Source: a virus (Duplodnaviria > Caudoviricetes). Taken from it: a DNA stretch of 38,634 bases. Shown one piece after another: positions 1 through 6,977 of this stretch. Below the pieces are notes generated by a model. It did no database searches. It saw only the letters and a program-made list of their open reading frames with translations, and was not told the origin of the DNA. Each line of letters opens with the position of its first letter. The stretch's first letter is position 1. The DNA lies in IMG/VR virus record IMGVR_UViG_3300020044_004458, positions 1 to 38,634 of that record; one strand, 5' to 3'. The translations under genes and the position numbers were made by a program.

Positions 1-291
1 AAGGGGATTGCAACCCCTTGTGGTTTCGTCTTTAGATTCTAGTTTAAAGGATCAAACGGCCTCTGGTTCGGTTGCCAGCGGGGGGTTAAGTGGGAATGAG
101 GAATTAAAAGCCCAGGAATCCCACTATGAAGAATGAACAGGGCTTGTGAGGGGGACTTGCTCCCGACCCGTAGGTCTCACTCGCTTGATGAGAACCTAGA
201 ACAAGGTGTGGCTGGTTCAAGAACTATTTTTGTGATTCGTGAATTATTTTTGGGGGTCGTTCGCCTCTGTTGTGAACGCACGCCCACGCAT

Positions 292-308
292 AGCAGAGAG
301 CGTGCCAA
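292..308 (-). promoter_or_regulatory. sigma54 (-24/-12)-like promoter, leftward
   Basis: Minus strand reads TTGGCACGCTCTCTGCT, with GG and GC exactly 12 nt apart, close to consensus YTGGCACGRNNNTTGCW. Confidence 0.55.
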
Positions 309-498
309 GATTCTTTGCATATTTTTAGGCATTTGCCCGAACCCTCGAAAGTCTATGCTAGTGTATAGGGGATTGCCATACCCCCCTAGAATCGCCTCCT
401 AGACCCCTAGGATTGCATTTTTACAATTCGTTTACATTATATGATTGGTATATGAACTATACATTATATCCTTACCTATGATTACAGGATTCAGTTCT

Positions 499-556
499 AA
501 TCCTACTTGACAGACCTATGATTCGACCCCGAATCCTACTTGACAGACCTATGATT
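499..556. repeat. 25-bp perfect direct repeat x2 (AATCCTACTTGACAGACCTATGATT)
   Basis: Copies at 499-523 and 532-556; partial copy ACCTATGATT at 474-483; each full copy contains TTGACA. Confidence 0.9.
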
Positions 557-645
557 AGGATTTCTACAAGGGTCATTAGATTCTCTTATACCAAGTTCCT
601 TGCATGATTTTAGGGCTTGACTGAACGGATGTTCACTAGGTTCTG

Positions 646-670
646 TAAGTCGTTGAATTACAACACTTTA
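646..670. promoter_or_regulatory. Dyad resembling two back-to-back IHF sites
   Basis: TAAGTCGTTGAATTACAACACTTTA; each half approximates WATCAANNNNTTR on opposite strands. Confidence 0.4.
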
Positions 671-778
671 CAACTTCTCACACAATTGCCCTACAGGGCG
701 TTTTCAGAGGGTGGTCTAGGGGTAGGTATAGGCGATTGCAAGCCACCCTCCTAGGGCAATATAGGGGATTTACAGGAC

Positions 779-795
779 TTGGCACGAACCCTGCT
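779..795 (+). promoter_or_regulatory. sigma54 (-24/-12)-like promoter, rightward
   Basis: TTGGCACGAACCCTGCT, correct GG-N10-GC spacing. Confidence 0.55.
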
Positions 796-904
796 AGGGG
801 ATTTACAGGCTGGAATATAATATGATATCTTTGGTTAGGATTACAGGATTAGAATATCTGAACCTAGATTCCTGTCTCAAGTTCGTCTCATCTGGACGCT
901 GGTT

Positions 905-926
905 TATAATTCTATAATTCTATAAT
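905..926 (+). repeat. Tandem TATAAT(TC) x3, candidate -10 boxes
   Basis: TATAAT at 905, 913 and 921, directly upstream of a structured leader. Confidence 0.6.
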
Positions 927-927
927 A

Positions 928-1103
928 ATCCTGTAGGGTCATTAGAGAAACTACGCACAGCATTAGCAAATCTACTGCGTGTAAAATCCCTTGATATGGG
1001 CTTGAGGGTAGGCGGGAACTGTGAATGATTGAGTGCGTAGGGTAAAACCTACACGCTCTTTGAAATCGCTTTCCGTAAACCCCCAATCTCGGGGGAGCGG
1101 GAT
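928..1103 (+). ncRNA. Putative multibranch structured RNA or 5' leader
   Basis: Closing stem 928-934/1097-1103 encloses hairpins 952-960/975-983, 988-994/1002-1008, 1012-1018/1070-1076 (containing 1031-1041/1048-1058) and 1080-1084/1091-1095; G-U pairs favour the + strand. Confidence 0.5.
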
Positions 1104-1126
1104 ACTAAAAACCAAAAACCAAAAAA

Positions 1127-1630
1127 ATGAAAAAACTGATTATTAAAATGCTGGGTCTGGAATCGCTGGTGACCGAACTCGCTATGCTTAAAAAGCAAAA
1201 CGAGGAATTCACCAATCGCATCAAGCACCTTGACGATGAGGTTAACGCCTTGGAAGAGCGGGTGCAGGAAAAGATTGATGAAATCGAGATTCCAGATATG
1301 GATGATTATGTTCATAGTTCTGACTTGGATAACAACATCGAATCTTATCTAAACGATAACGACTACGCCACTACTTCATATGTGGGTGAAGAAATCGAAA
1401 GCAAGGTTGATGTCGCTGTCGCTTGTGCTGTCGAAGACGCTGATATCGATTCTAAAATTGAATCGGCTATCGAAGACCTCGACATCGAAGAGAAGGTTCG
1501 TGACCTGTTCAATGACGCTAGTCCTGCTCCTATGAGCGAGGACGCTATCAAAGAAGAGGTTTCCGAGTCCGTCCGCAAGGCTCTTGCTGAAGTCTTGAGC
1601 AAGGCTCACGACCAAGTTCAGAAATCCTAA
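1127..1630 (+). CDS. Acidic coiled-coil hypothetical early protein
   Basis: 167-aa ORF, A-rich leader, N-terminal heptads, very D/E-rich; followed by a hairpin with T-tract. Confidence 0.8.
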   Translation: MKKLIIKMLGLESLVTELAMLKKQNEEFTNRIKHLDDEVNALEERVQEKIDEIEIPDMDDYVHSSDLDNNIESYLNDNDYATTSYVGEEIESKVDVAVACAVEDADIDSKIESAIEDLDIEEKVRDLFNDASPAPMSEDAIKEEVSESVRKALAEVLSKAHDQVQKS

Positions 1631-1635
1631 ATCAG

Positions 1636-1703
1636 AGGGGGAAGTTACTAACCCCTTTTTTTGGTTCAGTATCAAGCGATTCACAGAATCCAATTTCTGT
1701 TCT
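1636..1703 (+). repeat. Intergenic repeat copy 1 (terminator-like hairpin plus AGAATYCAATTTCTGTTCT box)
   Basis: GGGGAAGTTACTAACCCCT-T-tract-TTGGTT...AGAATCCAATTTCTGTTCT; similar to 1952-2000. Confidence 0.75.
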
Positions 1704-1765
1704 CTGACATTCTACTTTCCTAATCCAGCAATCACGCTGGACGGAATACCAAACCAATAAATAAA

Positions 1766-1945
1766 ATGAACAACCTAGAATATCAAAATGAGTTAAATGC
1801 AATTCTGGAACTGCTCCGAAGCGTAAGCAATCGGGCTGACAGGGTTGCAGAGTCCACGCAGAACCCCTCACAGGGGACGCTGGACAGGCTCGCAGAAGAG
1901 GCTAACGAAGCCCGACAAAGGCTCGCTATTCTGATTCAAGACTAA
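1766..1945 (+). CDS. Small helical hypothetical protein (59 aa, absent from ORF track)
   Basis: Manual translation MNNLEYQNELNAILELLRSVSNRADRV...RLAILIQD*; A-rich leader; flanked by the intergenic repeats. Confidence 0.7.
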   Translation: MNNLEYQNELNAILELLRSVSNRADRVAESTQNPSQGTLDRLAEEANEARQRLAILIQD

Positions 1946-1951
1946 AGTTCA

Positions 1952-2000
1952 AGGGGAAGTGACTAACCCTGTTGGTTAAGTAGAATTCAATTTCTGTTCT
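1952..2000 (+). repeat. Intergenic repeat copy 2
   Basis: GGGGAAGTGACTAACCCTGTTGGTTAAGTAGAATTCAATTTCTGTTCT. Confidence 0.75.
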
Positions 2001-2014
2001 TTCTCATCCCGCAT

Positions 2015-2221
2015 ATGCTATACTATATTAAAGCAAAGAATATCAAAGGCAAAGCGTCTGGACACGGCAAGCGAGTCTCCAAAGACTTCCTTGAAGCGTT
2101 TGACCGCTATGTTCACGATAAACTCCTAGACTGTCTTGAGGAGCATAACGGAGGCAAGAAGACCCTAGATGGGGCTTTGGCTTCCTATATGCTAGGCAAA
2201 AGCAGTTTAAAGAAAAAGTAA
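2015..2221 (+). CDS. Probable histone-fold protein (prokaryotic/phage histone singlet)
   Basis: 68 aa, basic; IKAKNIK (alpha1), GKRVSKDF (L1), a long helix, then GKKTLD (L2), the pattern of HMf/Bd0055-type histones. Confidence 0.65.
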   Translation: MLYYIKAKNIKGKASGHGKRVSKDFLEAFDRYVHDKLLDCLEEHNGGKKTLDGALASYMLGKSSLKKK

Positions 2222-2224
2222 AGC

Positions 2225-2242
2225 AGGGGGTAACTCCCCTTT
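2225..2242 (+). terminator. Intrinsic terminator-like hairpin
   Basis: AGGGGGTAACTCCCCTTT immediately after the stop codon. Confidence 0.5.
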
Positions 2243-2246
2243 ATGC

Positions 2247-2497
2247 GGGAAACTTTAGGTTCTGTTTACTGCGGAGAGACGAGTTCCTCCAATAATATCG
2301 TAAACAGGTAAAAGCATTATGTTTTCCTAATCTACTTTGACGCTGGAAGAATCCAGATTGGAGAAATCATTCTGGGGGTTTTGTTCATTAACCTTTAAGA
2401 GTTCTAATCCAGCGTCATCCACTTTGGGGTTGGGGCTGATGAATGACCGAAGAAGGCTTCTACTCTGGGGAGAGCATATACAGCCTACCAATCCCAA
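2247..2497 (+). ncRNA. Putative three-domain structured ncRNA
   Basis: Closing stems 2247-2253/2321-2327 (inner 2262-2269/2300-2307), 2338-2347/2408-2417 and 2424-2438/2481-2497, with internal hairpins; several G-U pairs on the + strand. Confidence 0.6.
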
Positions 2498-2602
2498 TTC
2501 AATTTATGCACCAGCCTATAATAAAAAGGGGAGGTTAAAATCTCCCCAAAAATTTCTCACATAAACCTTGTAATACTAAAAAAAATTAACCACACTTCAC
2601 CT

Positions 2603-2899
2603 ATGGACTCATACTTCATCCACCACACGCCTCTCGTCCGAAAGACGAACACAGAAATCGCCTTCGATAAAGTAGATAAAGTCTACATCGGGAGGGGCAA
2701 CTGTTGCCGATGTGGATGCGGAGGCGAATACTACACCGCAGAAGAGAATCCCGAAGAAGTTAAAAAGGCTCTTGATAAACTTTCCAGCGGTAAGTATGAA
2801 GTTGAATCGCAAGACGATTACATCTTTGAAGCCGAAATCTCCTGCACTAAAAAAGGATACACCAAAGTTATCTGCCTTTACCTAAAACAAGCCAACTAA
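2603..2899 (+). CDS. Hypothetical protein with CCRCGCGG motif
   Basis: 98-aa ORF; the Cys cluster suggests metal binding. Confidence 0.75.
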   Translation: MDSYFIHHTPLVRKTNTEIAFDKVDKVYIGRGNCCRCGCGGEYYTAEENPEEVKKALDKLSSGKYEVESQDDYIFEAEISCTKKGYTKVICLYLKQAN

Positions 2900-2904
2900 A
2901 ACCT

Positions 2905-3198
2905 ATGAAAGATTACTCATATCATTTCAACTGCCTACAGATTCCTGTTGGCGATGCGTTCATCGAAGTAAACGGAACTGCAAAATACCAAATCGAGGAT
3001 TTGGGTTCTGGAGACGATGACTCGGCTCTGGTTGCGTTCTTTCACTCCTGCGTGATTCGCTCCTACGACACCGAAGTCGAAGAGCCTTTGCAGGGACTTA
3101 CCAAACAGGATTTGGAAGCCTTGGGCGAAATCGTCCTTGAGAACCTAAACGATGATTACGAACTTTGCACCTCTCTCGCCATCAACCCTAAAAACTAA
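2905..3198 (+). CDS. Hypothetical protein (paralog of 3738-3998)
   Basis: Shares YxF..L.I...VNG.A.Y.IED...LN.D..LC..L with 3738-3998. Confidence 0.75.
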   Translation: MKDYSYHFNCLQIPVGDAFIEVNGTAKYQIEDLGSGDDDSALVAFFHSCVIRSYDTEVEEPLQGLTKQDLEALGEIVLENLNDDYELCTSLAINPKN

Positions 3199-3209
3199 AA
3201 ACCAAAACT

Positions 3210-3506
3210 ATGGACTACAAACCTAAATACGATGAATACACAGTAGGCTACACGATTATCGTTGCTTACTCTGTCGGAAACAAGAACAAGATTTACACCT
3301 TCTCTTATGCTAAAGCAGATGTTAAGGCTCTGCTGAAGTCTATCGAGACTTGGGAAGAGCATTTCGAGGGACAGGTGGAGAAGTGCAACGAGGAGGGCGT
3401 TGACTACACGCACTCAATGGAAATCATTCGTAATATGTACTATCCGACCACCCTTGGTTTCGGTAGCCTCTCGATTGAAAAGTCTGAACTCAAGGAACTC
3501 GCCTAA
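3210..3506 (+). CDS. Hypothetical protein
   Basis: 98-aa ORF in a tightly packed run; TAATG overlap with the next gene. Confidence 0.75.
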   Translation: MDYKPKYDEYTVGYTIIVAYSVGNKNKIYTFSYAKADVKALLKSIETWEEHFEGQVEKCNEEGVDYTHSMEIIRNMYYPTTLGFGSLSIEKSELKELA

Positions 3507-3736
3507 TGGAAGCCCACACCATCAAACTCTTCGGAAAGAAGATTCAAATCACGGACAAGAGCATCTTCCGTGTGGAGCAACGCAAGAATGCGGAGAAGAA
3601 GCCCTACGAGGGCGTTTACAGCCACAAAGACATCCACAAGGCTCTGCTGTTCTTCACTAACACGGCAGTAAATCCTAATCTGACTATCCGACTCATCAAG
3701 GATGGCGATGAGTATATGTTGCTTCAGAAGAAGTAA
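3506..3736 (+). CDS. Hypothetical basic protein
   Basis: 76-aa ORF coupled to the upstream gene. Confidence 0.7.
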   Translation: MEAHTIKLFGKKIQITDKSIFRVEQRKNAEKKPYEGVYSHKDIHKALLFFTNTAVNPNLTIRLIKDGDEYMLLQKK

Positions 3737-3737
3737 C

Positions 3738-3998
3738 TTAAATCTTATTACCTAGCAGACGGCACAGGTAGTTATCGCTGTTGAGCGAGGCTAATGTGCT
3801 GTCTTCTAATCCATTTAATACCTCTTTGGAAGTGATGTAGCCGTTACGCCCTAGAGCGTCATAGACTTCAGCCTTCTCAAAGCCAGCCTGTTTGCCGTCT
3901 TCCTCAAAGTCTTCGATTACATAATGAGCGATTCCGTTTACAAGGAAATCAAGCCCATCGTGTTTGATGTTTAGATTTTTGAACCTGTATTGATACAT
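3738..3998 (-). CDS. Hypothetical protein (paralog of 2905-3198)
   Basis: 86 aa; preceded by the TTGACA/GTAATACGC motif. Confidence 0.75.
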   Translation of the reverse strand: MYQYRFKNLNIKHDGLDFLVNGIAHYVIEDFEEDGKQAGFEKAEVYDALGRNGYITSKEVLNGLEDSTLASLNSDNYLCRLLGNKI

Positions 3999-4010
3999 AA
4001 TTAGACTGAA

Positions 4011-4499
4011 CTAACTATGCGTATTACCCTTGTCAAGTCCCGAATCTCTGGGGGTGACATCGATGACCTCGCCCCGAATCATAGCGTTGATGTCGTGGTG
4101 GCTGACCTTGAGCCTATGCTCTACGACCACAGCAGGAGCGTCTTGGAGGAGCATAGCCTTGTCGGTCATAATGGCGATAGCCAAAGGCAACTGCCCAGCA
4201 GGAATATTATCAATCTCTGTCATAAGGCGTTCCGAGCCTCTGGTCACGATTTCAGACATAATCTTTGCCGTGTTCTTCTTCCAAGTTCCGAATTCAAATC
4301 CACCTTTAGCCTCCATCTCTTTCTTGATTGCGATTACTGTGTTGTTATTGATTCCTGTTTCCTCGACAACCGAGTTCACTCCGTGTCCGTCCTTGAGGAG
4401 ACCTTCGACCTTATCTCGTTTTTCCTTGGGCATCTTCTTTCCCAGATTACGCTTATTATGGTTCGTGGGGAGAGGCTCTGGCGATGATTCGTAATTCAT
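4011..4499 (-). CDS. HTH protein, possible terminase small subunit (true start may be the internal MPKEK)
   Basis: N-terminal HTH (GHGVNSVVEETGINNNTVIAIK), helical middle, C-terminal EVIDVTP tail reminiscent of TerS. Confidence 0.5.
   Translation of the reverse strand: MNYESSPEPLPTNHNKRNLGKKMPKEKRDKVEGLLKDGHGVNSVVEETGINNNTVIAIKKEMEAKGGFEFGTWKKNTAKIMSEIVTRGSERLMTEIDNIPAGQLPLAIAIMTDKAMLLQDAPAVVVEHRLKVSHHDINAMIRGEVIDVTPRDSGLDKGNTHS
4019..4036 (-). promoter_or_regulatory. sigma70 -35 with GTAWTACGC box (copy 1)
   Basis: Minus strand TTGACAAGGGTAATACGC upstream of 3998. Confidence 0.55.
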
Positions 4500-4554
4500 T
4501 TTGTCAAGAACATATCCCTGTTGACATCACCTAGCAAGCATTTTCTCATCATTT

Positions 4555-4662
4555 ATGGAAATTATTGTAATGTTATTTATCGGTCTGGTAGCCATTCAGT
4601 TAGGCATCCTTGCTATGGAGATGCTGATGGTCATCCTGTTCTTCTTCACCAACAAAAAATGA
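4555..4662 (+). CDS. 35-aa hydrophobic membrane peptide
   Basis: MEIIVMLFIGLVAIQLGILAMEMLMVILFFFTNKK*; TTGACA at 4521; ATGA overlap with endonuclease VII. Confidence 0.55.
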   Translation: MEIIVMLFIGLVAIQLGILAMEMLMVILFFFTNKK

Positions 4663-5024
4663 GAATTAAGATTTCACAGATTCCCGCCTATCGGGACAAG
4701 TACATCATCGACCAGAAGGGCAAGTGCTGGCTGTGTGAAATTGATTTAAATAAGGTAACGCCTTGCCTTGACCACGACCACGAAACAGGGTTTTTGCGTG
4801 GGGTGCTGTGCCAGAACTGCAACGGCATCGAAGGTAAGATTCATAATTTAGCGAGACGAGCCAAGCGTGACAAAACCAAGATGGAGTTTTTGGATAAGGT
4901 TATGTCATATTGGAGTTTATTTAATGCACACCCTAGGACGGAGATTCATCCCACGCATAAGACTCCAGATGAGAAGCGATTGAGACGGAATAAAAAAGCA
5001 AGAGAGCGTAGGAAAAAGACTTGA
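4659..5024 (+). CDS. Recombination endonuclease VII-family nuclease
   Basis: QKGKCWLC...LDHDHETGFLRGVLCQNCN signature; start reassigned to MRIKISQ. Confidence 0.88.
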   Translation: MRIKISQIPAYRDKYIIDQKGKCWLCEIDLNKVTPCLDHDHETGFLRGVLCQNCNGIEGKIHNLARRAKRDKTKMEFLDKVMSYWSLFNAHPRTEIHPTHKTPDEKRLRRNKKARERRKKT

Positions 5025-5040
5025 CGCTGTATTACGCTTT
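5021..5040 (+). promoter_or_regulatory. sigma70 -35 with GTAWTACGC box (copy 2)
   Basis: TTGACGCTGTATTACGCTTT, 37 nt before the ATG at 5058. Confidence 0.55.
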
Positions 5041-5057
5041 GGCAGTCTGGTGGAGCA

Positions 5058-5885
5058 ATGATTCCACTACTCGACACTCTGCCGAAGGGCTTTGACCCTG
5101 CGGTTCTCGTTAACATCAAGGATAAGGACTATCGTGGTGCAAACGGCTTGAGCCAATCCTCCATCAAGGATTTTATCAAGTCTCCTGCCCACTACCTTGT
5201 CGCTACTGAACAGACCAGCGAGCCTACCTCTGCTATGCAGTTGGGTACTGCGTTCCACGCTGTGATGTTGCAGGACAAGCCCAAGGAGCATTACGCAGTT
5301 AAGATTAAGATGGATGGGCGTACCAAGGACGGCAAGGCTTACAACGAACAGTTTGCTTTAGATAACGCTGGCAAGGCTATCATCAACACGGAGGACGAAG
5401 AAACTCTGTTCAAGATGCGTGAGTCCATCCTCGCTCACCCTCTGGCATCTAAACTTACAAAGGGATTGACGCATAAGGAGTTCGCTGTCTTTGGTACGAT
5501 GGAAACCAATGATGGTATGGTTCGCCTCAAGGGTTTGATTGACGGCTACTCCGAGACGGAAGGTTATATCGTGGATTACAAAACCTGTGAAGACGCTTCG
5601 CCCCTTGGATTCATCAAGGCGATTCGTGACCGCAGATACGACATCCAGAGCGTTCAATATCCTTGGTTGCTGAATAACGCCAAGATGAAGGTTACGGATT
5701 TCTATTTCGTCTGCGTGGAGAAAGTCCCTCCGTATGCGGTTGGTGTATATCGCATTGATTTAGATAATCTGATTGAGACAGGCAAGCGGTGGGCTTGGGC
5801 AATCGGTGACTTCTGCGATTGCCAGAACACAGGTAAGTTCCCTGCCTACAGCGATGACTGCCTCACGCTGACCTTGAACCGATGA
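5058..5885 (+). CDS. RecE/exonuclease VIII-like PD-(D/E)xK exonuclease (DUF3799-type)
   Basis: LSQSSIK, GTAFH, DGRTKDGK, LKGLIDG..IVDYKT, YDIQ, FVCVEK motifs. Confidence 0.88.
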   Translation: MIPLLDTLPKGFDPAVLVNIKDKDYRGANGLSQSSIKDFIKSPAHYLVATEQTSEPTSAMQLGTAFHAVMLQDKPKEHYAVKIKMDGRTKDGKAYNEQFALDNAGKAIINTEDEETLFKMRESILAHPLASKLTKGLTHKEFAVFGTMETNDGMVRLKGLIDGYSETEGYIVDYKTCEDASPLGFIKAIRDRRYDIQSVQYPWLLNNAKMKVTDFYFVCVEKVPPYAVGVYRIDLDNLIETGKRWAWAIGDFCDCQNTGKFPAYSDDCLTLTLNR

Positions 5886-6577
5886 GCGAGCCTAAATTCA
5901 CAGGAGTTTGGATTCCTGCTGGTGTCTTCCAGACCCAGACTGTGAGCCTAACTGCTAAAGTAGTATATGGGGTCGTGGATGCCCTTGACAATGACGCAGG
6001 GTGCTTTGCCTCAAACGCCTACCTATCTCGCCACCTAGGGCTATCTGTGCGTCAATTACAGACTATCCTCGCTGACCTTGAGGTCGCTAATCTGGTAACT
6101 AGGGTCGAAGAGGATGGTCGCAGGGTAATCCGTACTGTCGAGAAAGTTGCTTTACAGCGAGCCTTGGCAAACGGACAGGTGACTCGTATCGAGGGGGGTG
6201 CGGAAAACAGCACAGGGGGGGTGAAGAAAACCGCAGGGGGGGGGTGCGGAAAACCGCATACATATAGTAAAGATGATAATAAAGAGGATAGAGATACAAA
6301 GGAATCTGCTCCTTGGAGTTCTCCTCTTCCATTTGAATCAGAGGCTTTCAGCAAGGCTTGGATGTCTTGGATTGATTACCGAAAGGAAATCAAGAAACCA
6401 ATCAAGGAATCCACGATGAAGGCTCAATGGAAGGAGTTCCAGAAGTGGGGCGAACAGAAGGCTATCATCGCCATCGAGCAGTCCATCACTCACGGCTGGC
6501 AGGGAATCTTTGAACCTGCGAGGTCTGTAGGTGGTAATACAAAACCCTTGACAGCCAAAGACCATTCTGATTTCTAA
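5882..6577 (+). CDS. Phage replication initiator (N-terminal wHTH)
   Basis: CFASNAYLS HTH, low-complexity linker, C-terminal W..WIDYRKE...SITHGWQGIF; adjacent to a DnaC-like gene. Confidence 0.8.
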   Translation: MSEPKFTGVWIPAGVFQTQTVSLTAKVVYGVVDALDNDAGCFASNAYLSRHLGLSVRQLQTILADLEVANLVTRVEEDGRRVIRTVEKVALQRALANGQVTRIEGGAENSTGGVKKTAGGGCGKPHTYSKDDNKEDRDTKESAPWSSPLPFESEAFSKAWMSWIDYRKEIKKPIKESTMKAQWKEFQKWGEQKAIIAIEQSITHGWQGIFEPARSVGGNTKPLTAKDHSDF

Positions 6578-6582
6578 CACCT

Positions 6583-6819
6583 ATGAAAGAACTAATCAAC
6601 AGACAGGGCTTCGGTGCTTACGCAGAGAATATCATCGTGAACTACCTTGAGGATTGGGGCGATGTGTTGCGTAACAGCGAGAAGGGCAATCACACGATTG
6701 AGCGAGATGATTACACAATCAACGCCTCTTGGGGATACGACAACTTGAGCATTGCGATTCGTGCCTATGTCGAAGGTGACGGCTGGCAAACCCTTGAACA
6801 GAATATCAAAATCAAATGA
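6583..6819 (+). CDS. Hypothetical protein
   Basis: 78-aa ORF in the operon. Confidence 0.7.
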   Translation: MKELINRQGFGAYAENIIVNYLEDWGDVLRNSEKGNHTIERDDYTINASWGYDNLSIAIRAYVEGDGWQTLEQNIKIK

Positions 6820-6977
6820 TTAAAGATGAAGTTAAACATCATCGAAAGTGTTTATTTAAATATGGAGACATTTGCCGTTGTTCTGAAATTAGCACTCCTC
6901 CAACCATTTCACGATACCAGCGTCAATTAATGAAAATTGCAGAACAAAAACGAAACAACAAACAAAACATCAAATGA
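6816..6977 (+). CDS. Small basic Cys/His protein (53 aa, absent from ORF track)
   Basis: MIKDEVKHHRKCLFKYGDICRCSE...NIK*; ATGA overlaps at both ends. Confidence 0.6.
   Translation: MIKDEVKHHRKCLFKYGDICRCSEISTPPTISRYQRQLMKIAEQKRNNKQNIK

Noticed and set aside
474-556. CRISPR mini-array
   Set aside because: Only two full 25-bp copies separated by 8 bp, far too short for a spacer, and no cas genes.
133-1086. ORFs 133-402 and 904-1086
   Set aside because: They overlap repeats, promoter motifs and RNA stems and have no protein-like features.
2436-2460. CTGATGA...GAA as a hammerhead ribozyme core
   Set aside because: There is no stem II and no GAAA in the right place; the bases are better explained by the 2424-2497 stem.
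2245-2513. tmRNA call from 5' GCG and 3' TGCACCA (possible G3-U70)
   Set aside because: The acceptor pairing is poor and no T-arm precedes it.
2337-2564. 75-aa ORF
   Set aside because: TTG start, no recognisable motif, and it coincides with strong RNA stems.
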